64,000 nt of DNA from positions 16,892-80,891 of the forward strand of contig CAZKJM010000001.1 of the NCBI GenBank assembly GCA_964553245.1. The letters run 5' to 3'. Shown piece by piece: positions 41,836 to 50,704 of this stretch. Source of the DNA: an uncultured Gammaproteobacteria bacterium. Its GTDB lineage: Bacteria > Patescibacteriota > Microgenomatia > Levybacterales > UBA12049. The notes below the pieces were generated by a model. It worked only from the letters and a program-made list of their open reading frames with translations, searched no databases and had not been told where the DNA came from. Numbering within the stretch: position 1 is the first letter of the stretch; every line of letters begins with the position of its first letter. A program made the translations under genes and the position numbers.

Positions 41836-43644
41836 GTGAATAAAAAATTATTATTACGATCAATGTTAGTAACTTTAATCGGTATACTATACTTTATTAA
41901 TCCAAATACCGTTCATGGAACAACAACTATATTTAAAGACGACTTCGAAAATGGAAATATTAATCAATGGACAAGCGTAAGGGGTCCAGCTAATTTATGG
42001 CAAATAAAACAAATAAATGGAACTAACATGCTTGGAGCAAGAATTGAGAATGGTAGCACCATCATTGATAGCATCGCCAAATCAACTCAAATTGCAACAT
42101 CAAGCTATGTATTAGAGTTTGATTACTTAACAATTACTGGAATTGATAATAGCTTAGATTCTCGATGGACATATAATTTAACTGAGGACTATTATGACGT
42201 AAAGGAAGTTCATTATCTTGGAGAAAATAATGTCTGGACAAATTTCGGATGCGTAAATTTTATAAACTCATCTACGCTGAAATATAATTTTTTAAACCAC
42301 ATTAAAATCATTTACGAAAACCAACGCATGCAATTTTATTTAAATAACATAAAAATAATTGATTATAATGATACGAATTATTTATTTCCAGGGAATGAGT
42401 ACATAGGTATAAGAATAAGTACTGGAGCAAGTTATCCAAAAGAAGCATGGTTTGATAATATTTTAGTAACAAGCCTAGAAGACGAACCAGGTTTAGATAT
42501 TCCATTATTAAAGCAAACTGATCCCCTTTGGAAAGATGAAGTTTATGATACTGCTATGAATTGGTCTCCAAGCGATCCAACTATAAATTCCTGGGGTTGT
42601 GCAATGACCTCTGCTGCAATGATCTTGAACTATCATAAAATCGTAAATCTACCCAATGGAGAAATGTTAAATCCAAAAACACTTAACGAATGGCTTAAAA
42701 ACCAACCTGATGGATACATAGGTAATGGGCTAACCAATTGGTTAGCCATATCAAGATTATCAAAACTTGCAAAAGAAAGCGGGAATAACCAAAGTTTTAA
42801 TTACGATTCTCTGGAATATATACGCAACAAGGGAGAAGATAGGCAGCTGTTAACAGATGACCTTAAAAATCTACACCCAGATATCCTTGAGCAACAAGGT
42901 CATTTTGTCGTCGCAACCGGCATATCTGGAGAAACTTTTCTAATAAATGATCCCTATTTCAACAGAACAACATTAAATGATGGATACAATAATACATTTT
43001 TATCTCTCGGAAGATATATTCCATCCAATAGCGACCTTTCTTATTTTATGTTTACGACTAAACCCGATGTTAATATTGAATTGAAAGATGTAAACGGAAA
43101 CATTGTAGAATCTGAATTTTCTGAAGAACAAATCATTAATCATGATAATCAAACAAACGGAGAAAAGATAAAAATAGTTTATTTTCCGAAACCGGAATCT
43201 GGTAAATACAAACTAATTTTTAGCTCGAAACTCAGCAGCCTTAGAACGTTTAAATCGTATGTTTATGATTTAAACGGAAATGTTAAAATACAGGAATCCG
43301 ATAAAGCCCTAATCAATTCATTGCCAACGATATTTAATGTTAACTTTGACAAAAATAATCTAAATTATTATAAACTAGAGAAAACAGTTAGTTTTGAGAG
43401 TACGATCAGAGACATTGAATATTTCATCAAAACTGGATCTATAAAAAATAAAGATTTCGGAAATGCCCTCATAACCTTGGTTAAAAATACAAAGAAATAT
43501 ACTAATAGGAATATGATAAAAATTGCAAAAATAAATTTAAACCAAGCAAAAAAATTAATTTCAACTACAAAAGGTATATTAATAAATAAAGATGCTTACG
43601 AGACTATAAACTACGATTTAGATTATCTTCTAAAAAATTTATAA
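41836..43644 (+). CDS. Secreted protein with N-terminal lectin/jelly-roll-like domain and peptidase C39-like domain
   Basis: Signal peptide; FKDDFE...WFDNILV; LKQTDPLW, GCAMTSAAM, GHFVV, INDP (Q-C-H-D set). Confidence 0.78.
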   Translation: MNKKLLLRSMLVTLIGILYFINPNTVHGTTTIFKDDFENGNINQWTSVRGPANLWQIKQINGTNMLGARIENGSTIIDSIAKSTQIATSSYVLEFDYLTITGIDNSLDSRWTYNLTEDYYDVKEVHYLGENNVWTNFGCVNFINSSTLKYNFLNHIKIIYENQRMQFYLNNIKIIDYNDTNYLFPGNEYIGIRISTGASYPKEAWFDNILVTSLEDEPGLDIPLLKQTDPLWKDEVYDTAMNWSPSDPTINSWGCAMTSAAMILNYHKIVNLPNGEMLNPKTLNEWLKNQPDGYIGNGLTNWLAISRLSKLAKESGNNQSFNYDSLEYIRNKGEDRQLLTDDLKNLHPDILEQQGHFVVATGISGETFLINDPYFNRTTLNDGYNNTFLSLGRYIPSNSDLSYFMFTTKPDVNIELKDVNGNIVESEFSEEQIINHDNQTNGEKIKIVYFPKPESGKYKLIFSSKLSSLRTFKSYVYDLNGNVKIQESDKALINSLPTIFNVNFDKNNLNYYKLEKTVSFESTIRDIEYFIKTGSIKNKDFGNALITLVKNTKKYTNRNMIKIAKINLNQAKKLISTTKGILINKDAYETINYDLDYLLKNL

Positions 43645-43655
43645 ATTATTGGCTG

Positions 43656-43729
43656 TGGACTTGAGAGGATTCGAACCTCTGACCTCTTCGATGTGAACGA
43701 AGCGCTCTAACCAACTGAGCCACAAGTCC
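43656..43729 (-). tRNA. tRNA-Val(CAC), CCA not encoded
   Basis: Reverse complement GGACTTG..GCTCAGTTGGTTAGAGC.CTTCG-TTCACAT-CGAAG..AGAGG-TTCGAAT-CCTCT-CAAGTCC-A. Confidence 0.95.
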
Positions 43730-43739
43730 ATATTCTAGA

Positions 43740-43790
43740 ATCTTACCACAATTTAGCCTCATTGACAAAATTAAATAAATTTAAGACAAT
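43740..43790. promoter_or_regulatory. Divergent promoters for tRNA-Val (TTGTCA-17-TAAGAT, -) and lepB (TTGACA-17-GACAAT, +)
   Basis: Both -35 hexamers lie within TTGACAA at 43762-43768; both spacers are 17 nt. Confidence 0.6.
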
Positions 43791-43797
43791 CATATAT

Positions 43798-44361
43798 GTG
43801 TTAAATATTTTACGAAAAATTTATTCCTTCTTTTTAGATACAATTCAGACATTTTTGCTTGCAGCTGCTGTATTTTTAATTATCTATGCGTTTTTATTTA
43901 GACCATTCGAAGTCAAAGGAGATTCAATGTATCCTAATTTTAAGGACAAACAATATACACTTACCAACCTTATTAGCTTAAAGTTTTCCGACCCAAAAAG
44001 AGGTGATGTGATCGTTTTTAAAGCACCGAACGATACAGAAAAAGATTACATTAAAAGAATAATCGGTGTTCCTGGCGACGTAGTTTCGGTTAAAGACGGT
44101 AATATTTACCTTAATAAAACCCTAATGGATCAAAGCTCATTTTTAAAGCCCGATATTAAAACATATGGCGGAAGTTTTATGAAAGAAGGGGAAGAATATA
44201 TTGTTCCCCAAGGTTATTTTTTAACGATGGGTGACAATAGACCATACAGCTCGGACTCACGTGAATGGGGATATGTAGAAAAATCAAAGATCATTGGAAT
44301 CGCAATATTTGTTTATTGGCCAATAGGGGAAATAAAAGTAATACAAAATCCACTTAAATAA
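43798..44361 (+). CDS. lepB: Signal peptidase I
   Basis: GDSMYP (Ser), YIKRIIG (Lys), GDNR..S.DSR; GTG at 43798 preferred because the track's TTG is the -35 box. Confidence 0.95.
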   Translation: MLNILRKIYSFFLDTIQTFLLAAAVFLIIYAFLFRPFEVKGDSMYPNFKDKQYTLTNLISLKFSDPKRGDVIVFKAPNDTEKDYIKRIIGVPGDVVSVKDGNIYLNKTLMDQSSFLKPDIKTYGGSFMKEGEEYIVPQGYFLTMGDNRPYSSDSREWGYVEKSKIIGIAIFVYWPIGEIKVIQNPLK

Positions 44362-45180
44362 TTATTTAGAGAGCATTTCGTAGATTTCTTTAATTTTTAC
44401 AGTTGTTAATTCCGCATCGCCCTTAATAACCATTGTTATTTTCGCCTGTGTTCCTGATTGATGAATTGCAACTTTATTAAATTTATATTTTTCCTCAAGT
44501 TTTTTTGCCATATCATCCAATTCCGGTATGTAAAGCCTATCAAGCTTTGCCCTTGGTTCCTTTTTTTGGACTTCCGCCTTTATTTGCCTTGCCAAATCTT
44601 CCGTTTGCCTTACAGTACTGTTTTCTCTTAAGATTTTTTTGAATAATTCAAGCATTAACTTAGGATCACCAAGAGACAAAAGCGGTCTTACGTGTCCTTC
44701 TGTAATTACACCTGCTACCAAAGCATCCTTAATTGCGTCCGGTAAGGATAATAATCTTATTGTATTTGAAACTGTTGGTGCACTTTTACCTACCTTTTTT
44801 GCAACTTCGTTTGTTCCCAATCCAAATTCATCTATTAATCTTTTGTACGCCAGTGCTTTTTCTATCGGGTTAAGATCTTCTCTCTGAACATTTTCGACAA
44901 TAGACATCTCTAGCATTCCCTGAGGAGAAGTTTCTTTAATAATTACCGGAACCTTAATCAATCCCAATACTTTAGCAGCTCTCCATCTTCTCTCTCCTGC
45001 AATTATTTGATATCCTGCCGGTGTTTTAGCAACCACTAACGGCTCTAATATACCCTGTTCTCTTATTGAATCTACTAATTCCTGTAATGATTCTGGAACA
45101 ATAATTCCACGTGGCTGCAGAGGATTTGCCTGAAGCATATTTGTTTCAAGCTCATGTATTTTACCATCAGTTTTATCCAT
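44362..45180 (-). CDS. parB: ParB/Spo0J family protein
   Basis: NPLQPR, GILEPLVV, IIAGERRWRAA, ENVQREDLNPIE, HTH; ATG 45180 right after rpmA stop. Confidence 0.92.
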   Translation of the reverse strand: MDKTDGKIHELETNMLQANPLQPRGIIVPESLQELVDSIREQGILEPLVVAKTPAGYQIIAGERRWRAAKVLGLIKVPVIIKETSPQGMLEMSIVENVQREDLNPIEKALAYKRLIDEFGLGTNEVAKKVGKSAPTVSNTIRLLSLPDAIKDALVAGVITEGHVRPLLSLGDPKLMLELFKKILRENSTVRQTEDLARQIKAEVQKKEPRAKLDRLYIPELDDMAKKLEEKYKFNKVAIHQSGTQAKITMVIKGDAELTTVKIKEIYEMLSK

Positions 45181-45181
45181 T

Positions 45182-45427
45182 TTATACAACTTCTATATAT
45201 TTTTTACCTTTTAAGGTCTTAAATTTTACTAATCCGTCTATTAAAGAAAATATCGTATAGTCTTTGCCCATAGAAACACCTTTTCCGGGATGGAATTTAG
45301 TTCCCTTTTGTCTTGCAATAATGTTTCCTGCAAAAACCTTTTGACCATCATATAACTTTACGCCTAAGCGCTTTGCTATTGAATCCCTATTCCCTTTTAC
45401 TGATCCTTGTGCTTTTGTATGTGCCAT
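45182..45427 (-). CDS. rpmA: 50S ribosomal protein L27
   Basis: [25 protein letters not shown]. Confidence 0.97.
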   Translation of the reverse strand: MAHTKAQGSVKGNRDSIAKRLGVKLYDGQKVFAGNIIARQKGTKFHPGKGVSMGKDYTIFSLIDGLVKFKTLKGKKYIEVV

Positions 45428-45497
45428 TTTTTCTTTTGTGAAAACTACATCACATTTTAACGTTTTTTTTCACGGAATGTCAATATGTCAAACTGGG

Positions 45498-45899
45498 TTA
45501 TTTTTTGGTTTTTACCTTATCGGCTTTCGTTTTTTGTGAAGTAATTTTTTTTGGTTTTTGCTTAACAATCGATAGATTAATGTCTTTTTTATCACCGATT
45601 TTTTCAATTTGCACCTTTGTCAAACTCGACCTAAAACCTGTTCTTCTTCTATATCTAACTTTTGCTTTGTATTTAGAGACGTAAATTTTATCACCTTTAA
45701 TCTGCTCAATTATTTTTCCTTCTACGTTTTCTTTTAAAAAAGGTTTTCCCAACTTTACTCCGGAAGCATCGGATAAAAGCAATACTTCTTCAAATATTAC
45801 TTTTTTATCCTTTTCTCCCAAAAGTTTATCTACCTCTATAATATCTCCTTCGGAAATTCTATATTGTTTTCCACCGGTTCTTATAACTGCGTATTTCAT
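45498..45899 (-). CDS. rplU: 50S ribosomal protein L21 with Lys-rich C-terminal tail
   Basis: YAVIRTGGKQYRI, KYK.K..Y.R..G.R. Confidence 0.96.
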   Translation of the reverse strand: MKYAVIRTGGKQYRISEGDIIEVDKLLGEKDKKVIFEEVLLLSDASGVKLGKPFLKENVEGKIIEQIKGDKIYVSKYKAKVRYRRRTGFRSSLTKVQIEKIGDKKDINLSIVKQKPKKITSQKTKADKVKTKK

Positions 45900-45925
45900 A
45901 ACAAATGTAAATTATATCAGATTTA

Positions 45926-47008
45926 TCAGCTAATTTCTAGAACATTATCCTCTTTTATAGATCGACTAATAGAAACTAAAAGCCCAAGCATAATAAAGTT
46001 AGATAACATTGAGCTTCCACCGTATGATACAAATGGCAATGTTACTCCTACAATCGGCAAGATTCCAACATTCATTCCAACATTTATAAAAAACTGCATT
46101 AATAAAATAAAAAAACAAATCGCAGAATAGAATTTACTAAATTGATCATTTGAATTAAGGGAAATTTTAATAATTCTATAAAATAAAAAAATAAAACAGA
46201 CAACTATCAAAAACGAACCGACAAAGCCCGTTTGTTCGGAAATTGTTGCAAATATAAAATCCGTATGACGCTCCGGTAAAAAACGTAATTCAGATTGCGA
46301 ACCCTGACCCAGGCCCTTGCCAAGAAACATTCCTGATCCAACGGCAATCATTGATTGAATTGCGTTGTAGGACTTACCTAATGGATCTCTTGACGGATCA
46401 AGAAAAGTTAGCACTCTGTATTTTTGATAATCATGCAAAAAATTCCATGCAATTGGAGCTGTTAAAACAACAATTAAAATTAATACTGTAAAGTAATACC
46501 AAGAAAAACCTGCAAAAATCAACGTAAATATTGTCACAAAAACGTAAATTAGCGCATCTCCTAAATCGGGTTGAATAAATATCAAAAAAGCAATCGGAGC
46601 CATTAAAAATAGTATTTTTGCAAAATTTTTTATATTTCTCTTGCTATTTCCTGATAAGTATCCTGCAAGCGAAATTCCCAAGAAAGGTTTAAGAATCTCT
46701 GAGAATTGGAATCTAAAACCAAATATTTCTACCCATCTTAATGATCCCCTGGTCTCTACTCCAATTATTAAAACCACTACCAATAATATCAAAGAAATAA
46801 CGTAAATTGGCGCTCCGTATAATTTTGGAATCTTATAATGAACCTGTGAAAAAAGAAAAAACACGACAAGTCCTACAAAAACAAAAAGAAGTTCGTTTTT
46901 AAATAAATTTATATTTAAAGAAAAAAGCGTAACCAAATTTATTAAAATTAAAATTATGCATGGTATAAAAAGCCCCCAATCAATATAAAATAATCCTCTC
47001 TTAGACAT
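45926..47008 (-). CDS. rodA: SEDS peptidoglycan polymerase RodA
   Basis: QFSEILK, QPDLG, DPLG..YN..QS.IAVGSG, PERHTDFIF, LPFVSYGGSS. Confidence 0.92.
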   Translation of the reverse strand: MSKRGLFYIDWGLFIPCIILILINLVTLFSLNINLFKNELLFVFVGLVVFFLFSQVHYKIPKLYGAPIYVISLILLVVVLIIGVETRGSLRWVEIFGFRFQFSEILKPFLGISLAGYLSGNSKRNIKNFAKILFLMAPIAFLIFIQPDLGDALIYVFVTIFTLIFAGFSWYYFTVLILIVVLTAPIAWNFLHDYQKYRVLTFLDPSRDPLGKSYNAIQSMIAVGSGMFLGKGLGQGSQSELRFLPERHTDFIFATISEQTGFVGSFLIVVCFIFLFYRIIKISLNSNDQFSKFYSAICFFILLMQFFINVGMNVGILPIVGVTLPFVSYGGSSMLSNFIMLGLLVSISRSIKEDNVLEIS

Positions 47009-49997
47009 TATTAATAATCTTAAAATCTTTTCCTTTTATCAATTTATTTACCAATGCTTTTCTTTTTATATATTCTTCATATTCTTTAGGATAATCCTCA
47101 ATTTCCACATCTATTCTTTGCGCTATATCGGTACCCAGTTTTTTTCTCTCTTTTTGAATTTGCCTAACAATATCTCTTGCAATTCCTGCTTTAATATTTT
47201 GGTTTGACTCAGAGCTGTCTATAAAAATTGCTTTATCTTTTGTATCCTGATATTCCAAGTTTTCTATATTTAACTCATCTTTAATCAAAGTTAGTGTTTT
47301 TTCTTGAATTTTTTTGGGAGCAGAATAAGTTCCCTTTACTAAAGGAATCCTAACTTTTACTCCGGATTGTTTTCTTTGTGCGTGTCCCAATTCAACTAAG
47401 TCTCTTGCTAAAATCATTTCTTCTTCTAAATCTTTATTTATTAAATCCTTATTACATTCCGGCCAATTGGATAAGTGAACCGATTCTTTATCTGTTAAGT
47501 TTTTGTAAATTTCTTCAGCAATAAATGGATTAAAGGGAGCAAGGAGCTTGGAAAGTTTTATTAAAACTTCATATAACGTTTCGTAACATTCATCCTTGTC
47601 TTTTGCATCCTCTGCCGATACACCAATCCTATCCCTACTTCTTCTTACATACCATAAGGATAAATCGCTAACAAACTCTTCTATTGCTAAAGATGCCTTC
47701 TGAGCATTAAACTTTTCCAGTTTTTTGGTTACTGTTTCTATACAATTATTAAGTCTAGAAATTATCCATTTATCCAAAATGAATTCGCTCTTAAGAAAAT
47801 TATCTTTTTCCTTAGGTTGCCAATCATCAGCTATAGCATAGGTTACAAAAAAATTATAAATATTCCAAAGCATTAGGTGAAATTTTCTTCTTGTTTCATC
47901 TGCTTTTTTGTATCCAAATAATAAATTTTGTTCGGGATTCTGGGTTACAAAAATCCAACGCATTACATCTACTCCGATCTTATCTGCCCCTTCGTTAAAT
48001 TCAATCGAATTCCCCCATGATTTGTGCATTGGCCTTCCATCTTCTCCAAGCATTGAACCAAAACCCAAAACATATTTATAAGGATTTGTTTTCTCAAAAA
48101 CTGTAGACATCGCAATCATCGAATAAAACCAGTTTTTAAACTGACCGGGGAACGACTCTGTTATAAAGTCTGCAGGAAACCATTCGTTCCAGTATTTTTT
48201 ATCCTTTAGGTAACTTATTTCTTTTGTTTCTGGATCTATATATGTAGAAAACGGAACAATGCCCGCATCTAACCAAACATTTCCAACATCGTCTATCCTT
48301 TTTATTATTTCTTTGCATTTACTGCATTTAATTTCTACTTCGTCAATAAAAGGCTTATGAGGCGAGTGTCCATCAAAATTTTCCCAACCCGAAACCGATT
48401 TTTCTTTTAATTCTTCTTTGCTTCCAATAATATCAAAGTTCCCGCAACTCTGGCACTCATAAATAGGAAGCGCTAATCCCCAGTATCTGTTTTTTTTACT
48501 TATTAACCAATCGCTCATATTGGACAACCAATCTAATTCTCTTTCTAACCCGAATTTTGGATACCATTTTATTTTTTTTGCAGTTTCTATCATTTGCTCT
48601 CTTAATGTTATTCCATTCTTTATGTTTTCTTTCTTATCCATTGCTATATACCATTCTTCGGTTACTTTCCAGACTAGTTCGGTTTTACATCTCCAACAGG
48701 CGGGATATCTATGTGTGTAATTAAGTGTCTTAAGCATAAACTTGCTATTCTCTTTTTGTTTTAAATAATCAATTATTAATTCGGGATGTTTTTTCGCGTT
48801 TTTACCACTGAATTCCCCCAATCCTGCTACATAAATAGCATCATCTGTAATTGGAGAAATTATTGAAAGATTTTTATTCTTAGATAACTCAAAATCTTCT
48901 TTTCCTGCACCCGGTGCCACATGCAAAAGCCCTGTTCCTTCATTTGAAACAACAATTTCTGAACCATCAACTACTGTATGAAATGTATTTTCTTTTTCTC
49001 TTTTTGCTTTTTTAACAATTTCCAAATCATCAAAAGGACCTTTGTATTTTAGTCCAACCAGTTTTTCTCCGCTTACCTCCTCAACCAATTCATATTCGTC
49101 TTCAATACCGTTAAAAATGTATTCCTGTATATTTAGTTCTTTTTGCTTTAATAATCTTTTTGGAGTATTTTTTTCTTCGTTCTTTGTAATAAAAATTATT
49201 CTTTCTTTTGTTTTCTTATTCTCCCAAATTCCATATAAATATTTTGTGTTAACTGCAACGGCAACGTTGGCAGGAATTGTCCAAGGAGTCGTAGTCCAAA
49301 CTAAAACAGACGTATCTTTAAATCCGCCGGAAATTATTGGAAATTTAATAAATACAGATTCGTGGGTTAACTCTTTATAATCCTCAGTTAACATTTCGTG
49401 CTGGGAAATTGCGGTTTCACATCTTGGACACCACGCAACGCAATCTTTTCCCTTATAAATCCAGCCTTTTTCGTTACAAGTTTTTAGAAAATGCCAGATC
49501 ATATAATTATTTTCATCCGACATTGTATAGTAGGAATTATCCCAATCCATAAAGTAAGCAAGCCTTTGACTTTGATCTGACTGAATTTTACTGTACTTAA
49601 GTACTCTTTCCTTGCATAGGTTCACAAATTTAGCAATGCTTTCTTTCTTATTACCAGAGACAAGGTTTTCGATATCTTTTTTATTTCTTATTCCAAGTTC
49701 TTTTTCCACCTCTACTTCTACCCATAATCCTTGACAATCAAAGCCGTTTTGAAATCTTTGTTTTTTACCTCTCATGTTCCAAAACCTCTGCCATAAATCT
49801 TTATAGGTTCTTCCCCACGCATGATGCACTCCCATTGGATTATTTGCAGTTATTGGTCCGTCTAGGAATGAATATTTTTCTTTTGACTCATCGTTTTTAT
49901 GAAGATATTTTTCGACAAGTTTTTCTTTTTCCCAAGTTTTTAAAATTTCCTTTTCCAGTTCCGGAAAATTTACTTGAGGCGCTGTTGACTTAAACAT
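47001..49997 (-). CDS. ileS: Isoleucine-tRNA ligase, type 2 (IleRS2)
   Basis: FLDGPITAN, GVHH, WTTTPWT, SDLSLWYVRRSR, IleRS2-type C-terminus (ARDIVRQIQKERK). Confidence 0.95.
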   Translation of the reverse strand: MFKSTAPQVNFPELEKEILKTWEKEKLVEKYLHKNDESKEKYSFLDGPITANNPMGVHHAWGRTYKDLWQRFWNMRGKKQRFQNGFDCQGLWVEVEVEKELGIRNKKDIENLVSGNKKESIAKFVNLCKERVLKYSKIQSDQSQRLAYFMDWDNSYYTMSDENNYMIWHFLKTCNEKGWIYKGKDCVAWCPRCETAISQHEMLTEDYKELTHESVFIKFPIISGGFKDTSVLVWTTTPWTIPANVAVAVNTKYLYGIWENKKTKERIIFITKNEEKNTPKRLLKQKELNIQEYIFNGIEDEYELVEEVSGEKLVGLKYKGPFDDLEIVKKAKREKENTFHTVVDGSEIVVSNEGTGLLHVAPGAGKEDFELSKNKNLSIISPITDDAIYVAGLGEFSGKNAKKHPELIIDYLKQKENSKFMLKTLNYTHRYPACWRCKTELVWKVTEEWYIAMDKKENIKNGITLREQMIETAKKIKWYPKFGLERELDWLSNMSDWLISKKNRYWGLALPIYECQSCGNFDIIGSKEELKEKSVSGWENFDGHSPHKPFIDEVEIKCSKCKEIIKRIDDVGNVWLDAGIVPFSTYIDPETKEISYLKDKKYWNEWFPADFITESFPGQFKNWFYSMIAMSTVFEKTNPYKYVLGFGSMLGEDGRPMHKSWGNSIEFNEGADKIGVDVMRWIFVTQNPEQNLLFGYKKADETRRKFHLMLWNIYNFFVTYAIADDWQPKEKDNFLKSEFILDKWIISRLNNCIETVTKKLEKFNAQKASLAIEEFVSDLSLWYVRRSRDRIGVSAEDAKDKDECYETLYEVLIKLSKLLAPFNPFIAEEIYKNLTDKESVHLSNWPECNKDLINKDLEEEMILARDLVELGHAQRKQSGVKVRIPLVKGTYSAPKKIQEKTLTLIKDELNIENLEYQDTKDKAIFIDSSESNQNIKAGIARDIVRQIQKERKKLGTDIAQRIDVEIEDYPKEYEEYIKRKALVNKLIKGKDFKIINNV

Positions 49998-50004
49998 AAA
50001 TTCA

Positions 50005-50033
50005 ATTTTAGCTTAAATTAATTCTATCTTCAA
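50005..50033 (-). promoter_or_regulatory. ileS promoter TTGAAG-17-TAAAAT, 7 nt before ATG
   Basis: Near-consensus hexamers, 17-nt spacer. Confidence 0.62.
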
Positions 50034-50076
50034 CTCTTACGGTTTTAAATGATCCTTTATTAAAATCCTATTTATC

Positions 50077-50085
50077 TGTTACAAT
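50077..50085 (+). promoter_or_regulatory. Extended -10 TGtTACAAT, 7 nt before GTG 50093
   Basis: TGn-TACAAT. Confidence 0.58.
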
Positions 50086-50092
50086 ATTTATT

Positions 50093-50692
50093 GTGATAAG
50101 AGAACAGTTTATCGGCAAAAACCCCTCACGCTTTCAACTCAATCCCTTTGTGAAAGCTTTTATCGTATCCGAAGGGTTTGTTTGGTCCGCTTATAATTTT
50201 ATAATACCAATAATTGCAATTTTTGTTGTAAAAAATATTCCCGGGGGAACAATTGAAATAGCTGCATTTGCATTTAGTACTTATTTAATCTCTAGGGTAT
50301 TAGCGGAACTAACTACAAGCAGGTACTTAAATGGAGCCGGAGATAAATTTAAACTAAAATTTATTTTCTCTGGACTCATTCTTTTATCAATTTCTTATAT
50401 TGTTTTTTCTTTATTAAACTCTATAGAGCAACTATTTTTGGCGTATATTTTTGCAGGAACAGGTATGGGAATAACTGCACCTGCTAAATACTCTCTATTT
50501 TCTACACATTTAGACAAAGGGAAAGAACCGGCTGAATGGAGTATGTATGACGCATTTACGTTTATCGGAATGGCACTGGCGACTTCCCTTGGCGGTTTTG
50601 TTGCGGCTCAATATGGATTTCCTGTTTTATTCATTATGGCTGCAGTAATTAATACGCTTAGTATTATCCCTTATATTTTGTATATTCGATAA
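50093..50692 (+). CDS. Half-size (about 6 TM) MFS transporter
   Basis: Hydrophobic helices; FAGTGMG, LGGFVAAQYGF..LF; 199 aa. Confidence 0.72.
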   Translation: MIREQFIGKNPSRFQLNPFVKAFIVSEGFVWSAYNFIIPIIAIFVVKNIPGGTIEIAAFAFSTYLISRVLAELTTSRYLNGAGDKFKLKFIFSGLILLSISYIVFSLLNSIEQLFLAYIFAGTGMGITAPAKYSLFSTHLDKGKEPAEWSMYDAFTFIGMALATSLGGFVAAQYGFPVLFIMAAVINTLSIIPYILYIR

Positions 50693-50704
50693 AATATCGA
50701 ATAT
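50682..50704. terminator. Hairpin at convergent MFS/ftsZ stops, possible bidirectional terminator
   Basis: ATATTCGATA-AAA-TATCGAATAT perfect 10-bp stem; AT-rich and no clear U-tract. Confidence 0.4.

Noticed and set aside
15084-43655. Integrative element, prophage or CRISPR array in the island
   Set aside because: No integrase, transposase, phage gene, att duplication or spaced repeat array was seen
44255-44268. parS-like core TCACGTGA near parB (similar cores at ~4528 and ~61418)
   Set aside because: Flanks do not match TGTTNCACGTGAAACA and all lie inside coding regions
45498-45590. Lys-rich C-terminal tail on L21
   Set aside because: Low-complexity tails on L21 are common and not distinctive
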